A DNA stretch of 64,000 nt. Origin: Eledone cirrhosa. Its lineage: Eukaryota. Location: positions 63,612,001 to 63,676,000 of the forward strand of contig OZ024745.1 in NCBI GenBank assembly GCA_964016885.1, written 5' to 3'. The first letter of the stretch is position 1. Every line of letters starts with the position of its first letter. The notes beneath the pieces are model-generated. The model was not told the origin of the DNA. It saw only the letters and a list, made by a program, of their open reading frames with translations, and ran no database searches. Below are positions 14,818-28,735 of the stretch, one piece after another. Both the position numbers and the translations under genes were made by a program.

Positions 14818-15278
14818 ATATATATATATATATATATATATAATTGTTTTGCGAGGTTTTTGATATGAAATCGTATGTCGAAACAAATATTGTTATACTT
14901 GGCGAGAGTCATATTGTTGTAATAATATTGCCAGAATTAATAACAGAACACATTCACTGTTTGGTTGGTTTTCGCTTCTGTATCTTTTACATCAGTTAAT
15001 TCATTCGGTCCTCAATGTTTACCATTGACTAACCAACGGTCAAAAATACAGATAGAATATAGATATAAACACACTTATATATAGTCTATATATATATATG
15101 AGTCCTGTATTTTCGTTGCTCTAGTGATGCGGCTGGACTGCCGATCGCTATATTTGATTTGCTAAACGTATTGTTATTACTCTGGCGTACTTTTCCCCAT
15201 CCGAGTGCTAAAGGTACAGACCGAATTTGCATTCGTTAGCTTGGCCGCGAACTAAAGCTTCGTTAATGCTGTACTAAA

Positions 15279-15347
<69 letters not shown>

Positions 15348-16124
15348 GATGTATAGTCTATAATAACTTGGATCACATATTAACATTTGTCGTATTCATG
15401 TTTTCATAAAAAGGTATGTGCGAATCTCAGCATATATTTGCAACCTAAAAGAATGCTGATCAAAAACTTATTTCGACTTGTGGAACTGGATGTCTTTCAA
15501 TGAAAAGTGTCTATTAGGTATAAATAAAATGTATCCAATTAAAACGGATGAGATTCGAAATGAAACAGCTCAAGTCAATTCAATGCAAATTATCCTCCTA
15601 ATCAATAAAACAGGTCATAATATTCGTATTAAAATGCTACCAAAATAAGGAGCAAGGAAGAGTTGAGAATATATACAGATCTTTTCTGTTAGATTAAATG
15701 TTATCTTAACGTGATAACGTTCCTAGAAAAGTGTAGATCACTTGTATGCGTTTTGTACTTTATAGACTTACTTGTTCAGCATACGCTATGGCGTCATATA
15801 TTTACATATAGGCGTATTGATGTTAACAATGTACGTGGTTGTTTTGAATTGACCAACTGTTTTATATTATCAACTGCAAGAGTAAGCAATCTTTTAAAAT
15901 TTGAAATAATCGTTATTTCATCAAATATATTCGTGTTATTGCAAATAAATCAAGTTGAAATTTGGCGAAACAATGATGAGCACATTGTAAAAAATAATGG
16001 CAGAATGCTCAACGCTAGAGCGCCTTTGAAGCAAAGCCTGTTTGATCAAACCAGACCTGAGACTAGACAAGAACAACAGCAATTGTCTGCGTTCACGACT
16101 TTACTGCACTTACCCTCTTTGCAG

Positions 16125-16219
16125 AATGTAAAGGCACAAAGAAAAAGTATATCAAAGGAGAAAAGCAAATTGTAAAAAACTGGCACAGCTCTTCGGATAT
16201 TAAGTCATTCCAAACCAGA
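16125..16219 (+). CDS. Weak candidate host exon (CKGTKKKYIKGEKQIVKNWHSSSDIKSFQTR)
   Basis: ccctctttgcAG acceptor, open phase-1 frame, GTACGT donor; no recognisable homology. Confidence 0.2.
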
Positions 16220-16527
16220 GTACGTACAGAGGTTACCAAGCAAGTTCGTTGAAACATTTGATTACACCTACTATTTCGATCGTCTATTTAGGAATTTAGT
16301 AATATTGTAGAATCGGAGGAAAGTAGTGATGCTCTGCAATGGGCGAAAATTATTGAAAACGAATCTTATAATATGAAGGAGAGAGAAGTTCTTCTTTCGG
16401 GCAAGAATGGTTTTGGGGAGGATCAAAATATCAACTGTTGTAGGATGAATATACTTTTGTGAATAGATCGGCCAACCATCGCTGAATTACACAGTAGGCA
16501 GCACCACCAATGTACTATCCTCTAAAT

Positions 16528-16848
16528 CAGAGTTTCTCAAACCTTTTGGGCCACGTAATCCCCCCCCCCCAAAAAAAAAACATATTTGCAGACATACCTG
16601 CCTACACGGAAATTGTAAATAATATATAATAAATAAAATCGTTAATCAATATATAATAAATAATATATTATATACTATGTATAAATAAATATTACAGATT
16701 TTTTTATTTTACTGCATTTATATATATGTAACATTTGTTATTTAATATACTATTATATAACCTATACCTCCCCACCTCCACCACCCATTTAGGCCGCAGC
16801 ACCCCTTCGATCTTCTCAGCGCCCCTCAGACAAAGTTTAAAAACAGGG
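16528..16848 (-). mobile_element. hAT-type MITE, decayed copy inverted relative to 23909-24243
   Basis: Starts CAGAGTTTCTCAAA; shares CCTGCCTACACG.AAATTGTAAA.AATATATAAT with the reverse complement of the other copy. Confidence 0.7.
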
Positions 16849-18855
16849 AGAGAGGTCACCAGTTGGGATATTTTCTAGCATAATGTCTTTTAATTTTACC
16901 ACGAAATAAGGAATTTTGAGGAAAGCAACGTCGATTATATGGATCTCAGTACTTGAGTCGTACTTTATTTTATCCCGCTTGGAAGGGTAAATGGCTAAAT
17001 TGTCCCCAGTGGAATTTGAAATCATAGTGTATAAATTCCTAACTAGACACCGCAAAGCATTTCGGTCTTCCGGAATTGCATATTTGTTTGGTAGAATTAA
17101 AATTATGCATAAACATTAAACATTGTTAGGCGCCATTTATAAGATTAAGTATAGTTCAGTGAGTGAAAACATTTAAAAGTTTTTAACATCGAAAAAGATA
17201 AAACAGAACCAAATATGATTTGAAGAAACCAGATATGCTATCTATTGCTTATTAGTATACATTTTATAGGCAAGTATAAAAATCATCAACGGTACGAAAT
17301 TGTATGAGGGAAACGTTCAATTTTAACATCGAAATATGAATGTCATATACTGCCCTCTCAGCAAATGATTTCATAAATTTGTTGATTGAAGGAACGAAAA
17401 ATTATTGATTGAGTATTTCATATTATATCAAACCAAAACGAGACTGTCTGGCAGACCTGCAAGAGCTTCGATGTATATAGGTTGCAGTATTTGTTTATTT
17501 TGTGTGTGTGTGTGTGTGTTTTGGCCTCGAATCCTGCCGAGGTCAAATTTGTCCTTTATCATTACGGGTTCAACAAATCTGGGGTACCAGTCAAGTATTG
17601 GGGACGACATTATTGACAGTTCATCCTAAATTGAAAACGACAAGACAGACAAAATCAGGGCTAAGATATTATAGATGGAGCCTTGTATAAAGGGTTATGT
17701 AAAACATTCAATATTCGAACAAAATTCTCTAATGTATATTCCATATCGCATTGATTGTTCACAACACATACGCGCATACACCAAACACATATTTAGAATA
17801 ATTCCTTGATTGAGAATGGACATTTCTTCTGCATTATCTAGATAAATGCATTTAAATCGATAACTAACACGAATGGGGTATATGAACTTATATCAACAAC
17901 AGAAATATTTAAAATAAGAATGAAGAAATATCATATACCAAGCCCATCATCGCTAACATCAACACGCACTTTACTATCTGACACTAACCATTAACATTAT
18001 ATCATCACCCTTTTTGGTTTGTTATTAATCTCCATCCTTGCCCTCTCATTAATATGCATTTATTTTTAGTACTATTTGAAATTCTACAAATATTATTTTT
18101 TCTCTGACTGAGGGCTTGGTCCGCACCATTAATCTTCTCTCCCCATGATATGATATTTTCGAAATTTACGATCTTCATTAAAAATCTGTTTTGTATTGAT
18201 TTTAATTATTTACTTTCAGAAAAACTACCGATAGTTTAATACAATTGCCATTTAAAATTAAGTAGCAGCGATAGAATAAAAGATGTTAGGAGAGATATTG
18301 AATTAGCTGGGAAAGATTATTGAGGGTTAGGAAACTAAGATGGAGGTAATTTTAAAGCATCTATGGCTTTAACACCTCAACATATGGCTCCTACACATTT
18401 GTAGAAGTATCCACTTTGTTGCAATCAATTAGACCGGTCACCTTTCTGCTGATGATAGGAAAACTGCAGAAACACTAGACTTGCGGTTTCTTCGTTTCTT
18501 TTCCCTCTATTAGTTGGGGAGGCACTGCAACAGGTCACGGCAGCTAGCGTTCATCCTTTGAGTAAACCATAGACAATGGGGAAAAATAAAGAAAGCAGCT
18601 TAAAACGCAATGAATTATAGAAGCTCTGTGGATGACCAACTCATTAATACGACGGAAATGGTTTAAGAACACAAACATGTTAGTTTCGGCGGCAATGTTG
18701 GAGAGATATTTTAAATGGACGTTAACAATCATTGTTAATGGATAGAAAGTGAATTGTTCTTGTCAAACTGAAACGTTAAGTAAAACGAAATATACTGACG
18801 TCTGTTTTTCGGATTATCATTTCATCTTAAACTTTTTAATCTGAAAACCATTTCA

Positions 18856-18961
<106 letters not shown>

Positions 18962-19149
18962 CTGTGTGTATGTATATAAATCATATATATATATATAAAC
19001 AAGACTGTACGTTGTATATATTTATAGGTTGCAGTATACTATTAATAATTATTTTGCTGCTTAATTACATGTTTTTTTGTAAATGAGCCGAAATTACTTG
19101 ACCGCATCATCGTCATGAATATTCCTATTATGTTATTATTGTTTGCTAT

Positions 19150-20640
19150 ATTCAGATTTCTCGAAAACATGCACGAGAGTATTTCTGGATCTCCTGCTTG
19201 ATTTTTTGCCCATAAAATTTGTCCACCGATTATTTTCTGAGACATTCTAAACACATCTCCGTAGTATTGTGTCTGTGATCTCTCAATTCGAAGAAATAGT
19301 GGCTGTAACTCAAACTTCTCTTTGATCTCCAAGTTACTCACTCGATCGAGTAACATTATGCAAAAACCCTTCGGAAGAATCCCATTTCAGTCACTTTTAT
19401 TTGCGATCGTATACCTTCGTTCATTACACAAAATTCACGAGTATGGGTAAGGGTTAGCACGAATGCCAAATTGAAGATAGCGAGTTTGGCTTTTCCCATC
19501 TTCTGATGACTGAATGCTCAAACCAGTACAATACTGTAGCAGTGCCTGCAATACTTGCACTTAATTCAGCCTCTAGCCTTTCATTTCTCGTGGACATTTC
19601 TCGGAAGTTAAAGATGTTATCCTAGCAAAGAAGAAGGCTCGTAAAGTTTGGCTTGAAAATAAGACCTCATTCTTGTACTTGCGGTAAAAGCACGTACAAA
19701 TCGTCGCAGCAGACATAGTAAAGCCGTCCAAAATTAATACATGGAGCACTTGGACTGAAGCTGAAGTCCTCTTCAGATCAGCAAATGAATTATTCTGACT
19801 AACCGTCCGTATACTTCGTAATAAAAAGTCCCTCTCCAAGCTTGCAGCTATGAGGATCTCGGCTGGGATTCTTATCTGTTCAGGAGAGTAATTTGATGAT
19901 CTCCTAATCCTAGTCACAACAACATCTTCTGATGCATATGAGGTACAGCTTGGAGCGAGAACAAACCTTACAGAGGCAGTGGCCATCAGAGCAAATAAAC
20001 AGCTCAAATGTGGCGAGGACTCTGGCAAACATGGAATTCACTCCGAGATGTTAAATTCCTTAATTAGAGAAAGTATTCTCTGGCGACGGACTCGTGAGTG
20101 TCGTATATCCTGGATAAATAGAATGACACCCAAGCACTTGCAATCGTGAACGATAAACTTTGTTTTTAAAAAGATTCACCAGATTGATTTCTCTAATCAC
20201 AGAGGAATCCCTTATTAAGTCTCAAATGCAGGGATATTGTCGAGTCTATGCCATGTAACAAAGCCTACCACATATTCGCAGTTGCTTCGTGTTACCTCGC
20301 AGATTCTATAGGAATGCTATAGTATTTGTGCTTACATAACTGGTTCTAAGTCAAAACCATTCAATGTGAGGGTCGGATTCCGTTAATGGTGCGTACTCCC
20401 ACCTCTTCTCTTCATAATCTTCATGAACAGGATTGACAGACACATCCGGGTTGGAAGTCGTCTCAAGACGTGTGGATGTAGGATCAGTCGGCCGGAATTT
20501 GTAGACGGCCTGGTCTGAATGTGACATACACTTAACATTCTTACTGCCGATATTTGCACGGCAAGAATGAAAATCAGTGCTTTAGAGATTAAGGCACTCA
20601 TTCAGTCAAGGACGCCCGCGCAGTGCAGGCCATACATGGA
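19150..20640 (-). mobile_element. RTE-clade LINE remnant with internal inversion (3' part minus at 19150-19572; linker+RT plus at 19573-20640)
   Basis: Minus: AKLAIF..TEMGFFRR, PLFLRIERSQ. Plus: EVKDVILAKKKARKVWL, SKPFNVRVGFR*WCVLPPLLFIIFMNRI, MKIS. Confidence 0.75.
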
Positions 20641-20641
20641 G

Positions 20642-20709
<68 letters not shown>

Positions 20710-20714
20710 GTCTG

Positions 20715-20853
<139 letters not shown>

Positions 20854-20878
20854 TCATATTTATATATATATATTTTCA

Positions 20879-20940
<62 letters not shown>

Positions 20941-20965
20941 TCATATTTATATATATATATTTTCA

Positions 20966-21027
<62 letters not shown>

Positions 21028-21436
21028 CAGGTTATATACACAAACACACACACACACACATACACACAAACAGTCACGCACCCGTATATATTTATATAGT
21101 TTTATATGACCGCTAATTGCCTTAAGTTGAAAGTAAATCCATGCTAGCCACGAAATCAATCAAGCGTAAAACATTAAATACCATCTTTGAACCCATCCCT
21201 CATGACGACATTTTAAATTTAAATTGTACCAATTACTAGTATGGGATTGACGGACTTCATATTTCGAACCTCCCTATTACTCTGCAGCAATTAATAGTTC
21301 TTGGCTATTGCATGCCTGTATCATTTCTATAACCACCAGAAATAATCTGTGGCATATACCCCAAGCGAATCTCAACCAAATTATAGACACATACTGAAGT
21401 AAATCCATTAAACACCATCTTTGAACCCATCAGCCT

Positions 21437-21570
21437 CCAGCCTTTCATCACTCGTGGAAATTTCTCGGAAGTTAAAGATGTTATCCTAGCAAAGAAGAAG
21501 GCTCGCAAAGCTTGGCTTGAAAATAAGACCCCATTCTTGCACGTGCCGTAAAAGCACGTACAAAGCTGTA
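21437..21570 (+). repeat. ~130-bp duplicate of RTE linker segment 19573-19705
   Basis: Near-identical AGCCTTTCAT..TTTCTCGGAAGTTAAAGATGTTATCCTAGCAAAGAAGAAGGCTCG..AAAAGCACGTACAAA. Confidence 0.85.
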
Positions 21571-22087
21571 ACCGCATTGAACCAACCGAAACTCTGCAAT
21601 CAGTCATTTATTTAATCCAAAGCGATAAACCGGAGACAAGGAACGAAGTGAAGATACAGATAGACCAATTACATAGCTAATTAAATACTAACTAATACTG
21701 AATAATATGAAATGACCCATCAATCCCTTAAACTATATGAAATCCACATTTAACTTATAAATAGGTGTGTCAACGAAAAAAAACAGTGAAAATTCTCACA
21801 TGTTAATTATAGAAACCTCAGTGAGATGACCGCACGTACCTGCCAGTGGAAGTTGCCCAAGTCAGGGCCGTTAATTTTGTCAGCTTCCGTTTCTGACAGC
21901 AACTTGCTCATCCTTTTCCATCCCTTTCCTCCGGAGCTAACATTTTTCCTCACAGCCCAGTCCCCTCCCCACGCCACTCAGGTCAAACTAAAACCGTAGC
22001 CATTACATTCATAGCATTAATCACGCAGAGCCTCAGCCGATCCTAACTACAACACATATAATGACTCGTGCTTCAAGTGAAAATGAA

Positions 22088-22690
22088 ATAATTGTTTCTA
22101 CTTTTGGCACAAAGCCAGCGATTACCCAGTACATTATAGGTACTTTATTTTATCGACCCCGTTAGGATGAAAGGTAAAGTTAACCTCAGCGGGATTTGAA
22201 CTCAGACCGTAAAGGACCGTAATAATTGTATCTACTTTTGGCACAAGGCCAGCAATTATTCCAGTGTATTACTGGTACTTTATTTTATCGACCCCGTAGG
22301 GATGAAAGGCAAAGTTAACCTCAGCGAGATTTGAACTCAGACCGTAAAGGACCGTAATAATTGTTTCTACTTTTGGCACAAAGCCAGCAATTATCCCAGT
22401 GTATTACTGGTACTTTATTTTATCGAACTCGTAAGGATGAAAAGCAAAGTTAACCTCGGTTGGATTTGAAATTAGACCATAAAGGGCCGTAACTCTTAGC
22501 TACAAAGCATGGCATCCGACCCTCTACCGATACTGCCAATCCACCTCCCTGTAATAATTGTTTCTACTTTTGGCACAAAGCCAGCAATTATCCCAGTGTA
22601 TTACTGGTACTTTATTTTATCGACCCCATAAGTATGAAAGGCAAAGTTAACCTAGGCGGGATTTGATCTCAGATCATAAAGGGGCGTGAA
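22088..22690 (-). mobile_element. Head-to-tail array of four SINE family A copies
   Basis: Units start at ~22088, 22221, 22354 and 22552, each joined at AATAAT. Confidence 0.92.
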
Positions 22691-22867
22691 CGATGGCAAG
22701 CATTAACCATTTCATAAGTTAACAAATAAACCAAATAATAATATTAACAGTATTAAACCTTTCATATAACATCCTTACTTTCAGTGATATATATTGATGT
22801 GTGTTTGTGTGTTGGTATGTATGTTCCTATATTCATTTTTTGCACCACACACACACATACATACGTT

Positions 22868-22918
<51 letters not shown>

Positions 22919-23072
22919 TTCTTGGTCGTAGTACTAAGATATGGTAGTTAATAAGAGGGGTGCACATAAAACCATATACAATATGTCTGTGTACAATAAA
23001 CATAAGAGAGCTACGCTATCGAGATAAAATAATTTTTCGAAATGAAAAATATTACTTTATTCTTTTGTTCAG

Positions 23073-23151
23073 ATATCTCACGAGCCGTTGAGAATGCCAA
23101 CCAGCTGCATCAAAATTTGTTAATCACTCATCAGTGGCATTCATTTAAGCG
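23073..23151 (+). CDS. Candidate host exon (DISRAVENANQLHQNLLITHQWHSFKR)
   Basis: ttcttttgttcAG acceptor; only the phase-1 frame is open; GTAATG donor is phase-compatible with the exon at 23727. Confidence 0.3.
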
Positions 23152-23726
23152 GTAATGGTAAGAAATGAGACTGGCGTCTGTATAGATATTGTATATTGAA
23201 CATTAGCTGGAGTTGCTCATTTGCAGATAAATAGAAAGCATCTGCTGGAAATTCTCATTTGCATAGAGTGCCAAGCTGGCTGGTTATAATTAATTGGCAA
23301 TAACGCAATATTTCTTCTTTTATTTTCTCATCAACTCAATATTTTAAGGCTTACAAATGATTCAGTGGAATTAAAGAAAAATCATATATTCTTTTATCTG
23401 ATAATAACAGATTTGAATTCAGTCTAGAAAGGAATATGATCGAGTATGCACAGCGGGGGATTGTGTTAATTAGACATCGGCTTTGTGTTCTGTCTCAAGC
23501 CAAAGTTAGTGGATTTGACTACCTTATATTTGCTTCTGCTAATGAAACAATGTTTCTGCAATATAAAAGGAGTGCATTATCTACTAAACAGAGTATCTGT
23601 TTTAGTTATTGAAACTAATTATTTTGCGTAAAATTCTATATCAATGTAATAAGTAACAAAAGACAATCATATTTATTTATGTATTTATTCATATTTATTC
23701 ATATAAAATAAACATTGTTTTTACAG

Positions 23727-23763
23727 AAATTACGATGTGACTGGAAGTACCGTGAATTGTTAG
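23727..23763 (+). CDS. Candidate terminal coding exon (NYDVTGSTVNC*)
   Basis: ttgtttttacAG acceptor; phase 2 matches the upstream candidate exon. Confidence 0.25.
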
Positions 23764-23908
23764 TAATTAATTCAATGATTCAAATCTCAACATCGTAAAA
23801 TTCAGATCCCTTTCCTTTTTTAAATAAGAAGTTTCAGGTACGTAAAATTCAGGTACTAAAAATACAGATTCGAATTAGGAAGAACCCGGCGAAGGCAATG
23901 TGATGAAT

Positions 23909-24243
23909 CAGAGGTTCTCAAAGTGCGTGCTACTGCCCCCGTGGGGCGTTGAGAAGATCCAGGGTGGGCGCTGAGGCCTAAGGGAGCCGTGGGGCTGGGG
24001 TGCAGTAGAGATGATATAATAGTATATTAAATATCAAATGATACATATATATAAATATAGCAAAATAAAAAATATATATAATATTCATTTATACGTACTG
24101 TATATCATATTATTTATTATATATAAATAACTAATTTTCTTTATTATATATTGTTTACAATTTGCGTGTAGGCAGGTCTCTCTGAAAATAGGGGTGGGGC
24201 GCTAGGGTATTATATGGTTGCTCAAACGGTTTGAGAACCTTTG
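23909..24243 (+). mobile_element. hAT (Charlie-like) MITE, 335 bp
   Basis: TIRs CAGAGGTTCTCAAA / TTTGAGAACCTTTG; 8-bp TSD TGATGAAT / TGATAAAT. Confidence 0.88.
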
Positions 24244-25184
24244 TGATAAATGATACTGGGCACAAAAATTGTATAATGTTAGACGCATTTCGAAAATAAC
24301 ACTGTTATCAGCAGGTGGAGTACAACAGTGAAAATTAAATATCTATATATAGCAGTGAAAACTAAAAGAGTATTTGAAATAAAAATAAATTTACACTGCA
24401 GAATTACATTGTTTTCAAGAGTCATGCACATACATTTTCCTATTTTATTATCAAATCATTGTAATAATGTTGCCTACCCTTTCCAGTCAAGTACGGAACA
24501 CTTTTAAATCAAATACAGCTCGTTTTCAAAATATGTACGACGGTTAGAGCTAAACATTTATCTAAAGTAATGACAAGTGGCTGACCTACATTTACCTGAT
24601 ATTTTAAAAGTAATGATCGTATTTTAAATTTACCTAAACTATTGCATATAATTCTTTAGTTTAATTAATATCTTTTGAAGATGAAGGGGCTGGTCATTTA
24701 TTCATTTTTATTTTTCTGCTGTTGATTCAGGATTTCTTTCTCACCTCTTTAGCCTTGTGGCTTTTAAAGCAACAGCTAAATCAGATACCTGCTTGAAGTC
24801 TGTTTTCATATATGCATGCATATATCATATTCAATTTGGCATTTTGCGCATAGATATAATAATCGTATTCATAATTACATACAAACATAAGAGTTGTAGA
24901 TTAGGTTTATAAGTGCTGTTTAAGGATTAACATAGAGGAAGACAGTCACTCTGAAATAAAGTACTATCGTCCAATAATTGGCACGAGCTGTACAGCATGT
25001 ATGAGAATGCAAAGCTGAATTGAATATTTTTACTGAACTGAATATTTATACACGTAGTGTATCATTTGCTTCTTCTCGGAAATGTGTAAATACGAGTTGC
25101 AGAAACTGCACACACAGACTAAGCATTCGTTTTGTTGAAACTGACATGCATTCTACATAGGAAAAGAAAATTATTCACAAAGTT

Positions 25185-25410
25185 GATTGACCCGCTTGCA
25201 TAAGTATCGTTTTTGTGTTGGACACCATGTTTCAGAGCATAGCGTTACGTCCCTTTCCGTTCTGCGTTCAAATCCCGCCGATGTTAGCTTTGCCTTTCAT
25301 CTTTACGAAGTGGATAAAATGAAGTACCAGTAATGCACTGGGATCGATTTAATCGACTTTCCTCTACCCCTAAGTGTGTTGGCCTTGTGCCTAAATCAGA
25401 GACCATTATT
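25185..25410 (+). mobile_element. SINE family A copy (older, long-tail variant)
   Basis: B box GTTCAAATCCC, core, GGCCTTGTGCCTAAATCAGAGACCATTATT tail. Confidence 0.85.
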
Positions 25411-26219
25411 TGTCCTGATAACAGTGATTTTCAACTGGCCTTCGTCCATCAAGCTGTAAACGCATATAATGGTGTGATTCAGCAAATCGAATGGGTTGTA
25501 AGCTTGCATGCATAACGAAAACAAACAAGAAATTCTTCAGATTGACTAGTTAGAGACACGATCACAAAGTCTTTAAAAATGCTCAAATATTCAAATTATA
25601 TATTATATGTGAAAATGTATCTACATAAGCTGTGTCAATCTGTATATGTCTCTTGGCCTGATTAATGGTTGTAGCTAATAATGGTAAACATTAATAAATT
25701 GCATAAATTCCGAATTATATATCAACGCAATTAAATTGTTCGTACCTAATTAAGGGGAAGGATAATGCTTGATATAAAGTAAGTAAACAAGAATGCAGGA
25801 GGTAAAAAAAAAGTAATAAAGAAGATTGAGAAATATAGAATGCAAGAATAAAGAAATAAAGGAAAGTAAAACAGAACTAAATAGTAAAGAGTAACAGGGA
25901 ATCGGATTTGCATTCGGAAATAACAACAGTTTAGCAGATTAGCAAAAATCTCACGAAAACTAAAAATCTGTATAGAGAAGAAATTATAAAAACAAACAAA
26001 CAAAAATAAATAAAAAGAAAGAAATCCATTATTGCTCTCTGAAAAGGCCCACACTTTTCTTGTTCATGACATGTTTTATATATCAGAACATATATCAAAA
26101 TAATTCAAATATAATTTGTTCTTGATACTCAAGCAAATTGTTGTTTGATCACAGATCTCTTTTAAAAAGATTCTGCTAATATTGGTTATATAGCGAAAAT
26201 ATATAGTGAAAATATATAG

Positions 26220-26286
<67 letters not shown>

Positions 26287-26319
26287 ATCAATTGCATTTA
26301 ACTGCTTAAGTAGAAGATA

Positions 26320-27060
26320 ATAGTAGTTTCTTATATAGGCACAAGGCCAGCAATTTTGGGGGAGGGGAAAGTCGATTAAATCGGTCCCAGGGCGTTATGG
26401 TACTTTATTTTATCTACCGCGGTAGGATTTGAAATCAGAACGTAAAGGGCCAGAGCTCTATGCTGCAAAGCATGGTGTCTGACGCTCTACCGATACTGCC
26501 AATCCACCACCATTAATAATTGTTTCTATTTTAGGCATAAGGCCAGCAATTACCCAGTACATTACTGGTACTTTATTTTATCGACCCCATAAGGATGAAA
26601 GGCAAAGTTAACCTTGGCCGGATTTGAACTCAGACCATAAAGGGCCGTAACTCTTTGCTGCAAAGCATGGCATCCGACTCTCTACTGATACTACCAATCC
26701 ACCGTTAATAATGATTTCTTATATAGGCACAAGGCCAGCAATTTGAGGTAGGGGAAAGTCGATTAAATCGGCCCAGTACATTACTGGTACTTTATTTTAT
26801 CGACCCCGTAAGGATGAAAGGCAAAGTTAACCTCGGCGGGATTTACACCGTTAATAATTGTTTCTACTTTAGGCACAAGGCCAGCAATTACCCAGTGCAT
26901 TACTGGTACTTTATTTTATCGACCCCGTAAGGATGAAAGGCAAAGTCAACCTCGGCGGGATTTGAACTCGGATCGTAAAGGGACGTAACTATGCTGGAAA
27001 GCATGGCGTCCGACCCTCTACCGATACTGCCAATCTACCGCCCTTTACACCGTTAATAAT
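26320..27060 (-). mobile_element. Array of four nested/tandem SINE family A copies
   Basis: Repeated target duplication CACCGTTAATAAT at 26700, 26846 and 27048. Confidence 0.92.
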
Positions 27061-28259
27061 GATCACTAATTATGAGTTAGAAGATAAAATGCATTTATGC
27101 TGCTGGTTTATGTCTGAAAAGTGATATGAATAACTGACCTAACTTTTCGTAAATAATAAAATATAAAATCTTGTGAAACCTATAAAACTTTCTGAAACGA
27201 TGTCATTACCCGTCATCACCGTGTAATATGGAGGTTATAGCATTACTAATTGGAAGTATCTTTATTCTGGTTAGTAGAAGTTAAATTAATAGATGCAGAA
27301 TATGTAACCGAGGAAAATTTGGTATGACGTGGGAAAAAATAACATTCGTCTACTTGAAATGTTGAAATGTCATGTAAAAGAAATTTGTCGAATTCAACTT
27401 TCTAATTTATTTTCTTTTTATATGTGCACCTGCTAACGATATTTTTTGTTCTTGCTTGGCATTTCACAAAGCTTTCAGGTTGAAACAACGAGAAAATACA
27501 GGAAAGCAATAATAATACTTCAGTTACAAACTGTTATTGTTTCTATACTATGAATAAGTATGTCAAACTTTAGAGTACTGAACGCACATTTATAAACCTA
27601 TATTCAGTTCTCACCGAGAAAACATGTATGTGTTCATTCGACTAGCTAGATGCAGCAGACACCTCTACCTCAAATAAGCTATATCACTCCGGAGAGGAAA
27701 ATCTGCATTATTTTTTAATATTAAATATTGGCAGTGTCGTTTGGGCCTGAGTCGAAATGCTTTGTAGCATTTAGAAATGTCCGTTTCTGAGTTCAAATCC
27801 CACCGATGTAAATATTGTCTTCGGTCGTTTCAGGGGCAGATGTAATAATATACCAGTAAAGTACAGATTTTGATATAATTGACTTTTGCCACCCGCCCAA
27901 CATATTGTTGACATAATACCTAAATTAGTAATCTGACAAGTTAGACTTATCTTCCCAGGATATTTTCTATTCATTACATTTGCCCTATTCAACTTCATCG
28001 TCATCCCCTGAAAATTATCCGCTTTTACTATTCTTATTAATTCCTATTATCAATTTGATCATCATCATAATCACACATACCATGGTCATACATTCCTTAT
28101 TTCTTTTAGTTATTTTTTATTTCCGTTTTCTTCCCCGTTCTCTTTTCGTGACCCCTTTTTATCGCTCCCTATACACCCATTGAAATACATCTAACCTCCC
28201 TTCTTTTCCTCCACCAATCTTTCCCTATTTATACTGACTCTATTATCGAAAATTTAGCT

Positions 28260-28306
28260 TTGTCTGATGATCTTATGAATACGCAGGAGAAATTTCAGAG
28301 TAACAA
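28260..28306 (+). ncRNA. Minimal type I hammerhead ribozyme motif (solo pLTR remnant)
   Basis: TTGT-CTGATGA-TCTTATG-aata-CGCAGGA-GAAA-TTTCAGAG-T-A-ACAA, followed by AATAAA at ~28325. Confidence 0.7.
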
Positions 28307-28333
28307 TGTTCACCAGCTAACTATAATAAATGA

Positions 28334-28402
<69 letters not shown>

Positions 28403-28735
28403 CGTTTGTGTGTGTGTGTGTGTGCATGTGTGTGTGTGTGTGTCTGTCTCTGTGTGTGTGTCTGTGTGTGTGTGTGTTTGCGTGTGTGTGTGTGTGCGTG
28501 TGTCTGTGTGTGCGTGTATATATATGTGTGTGTGTGTGTGTGCGTGTGTGCGTATTTATGTGTCTGTGTGCGTGTGGGTGTCTGTGTGTGCGTGTGTCTG
28601 TGTTTGTGTGTGTGTGCGTGTGTCTGTGTGTATGTCTCTGTGTGTGTCTGTGTATATGTGTGTGTAGGTGTACGTGTGTCTGTGTGTATGTCTTTGCGTG
28701 TGTCTCTCTGTGTGTATGTTTGTGTGTATGTGTGT
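28334..28735. repeat. Degenerate (TG)n microsatellite
   Basis: Directly visible. Confidence 0.97.

Noticed and set aside
15711-16175. 154-aa ORF as a gene
   Set aside because: Non-ATG start, no motif, conflicting splice signals on both strands.
22088-22690. CRISPR-like regular repeat array
   Set aside because: Units are 130-200-bp SINE copies without unique spacers; no cas genes; eukaryotic context.
24744-24798. Minus-strand exon candidate (FKQVSDLAVALKATRLKR)
   Set aside because: Acceptor lacks a polypyrimidine tract and no partner exons could be established.
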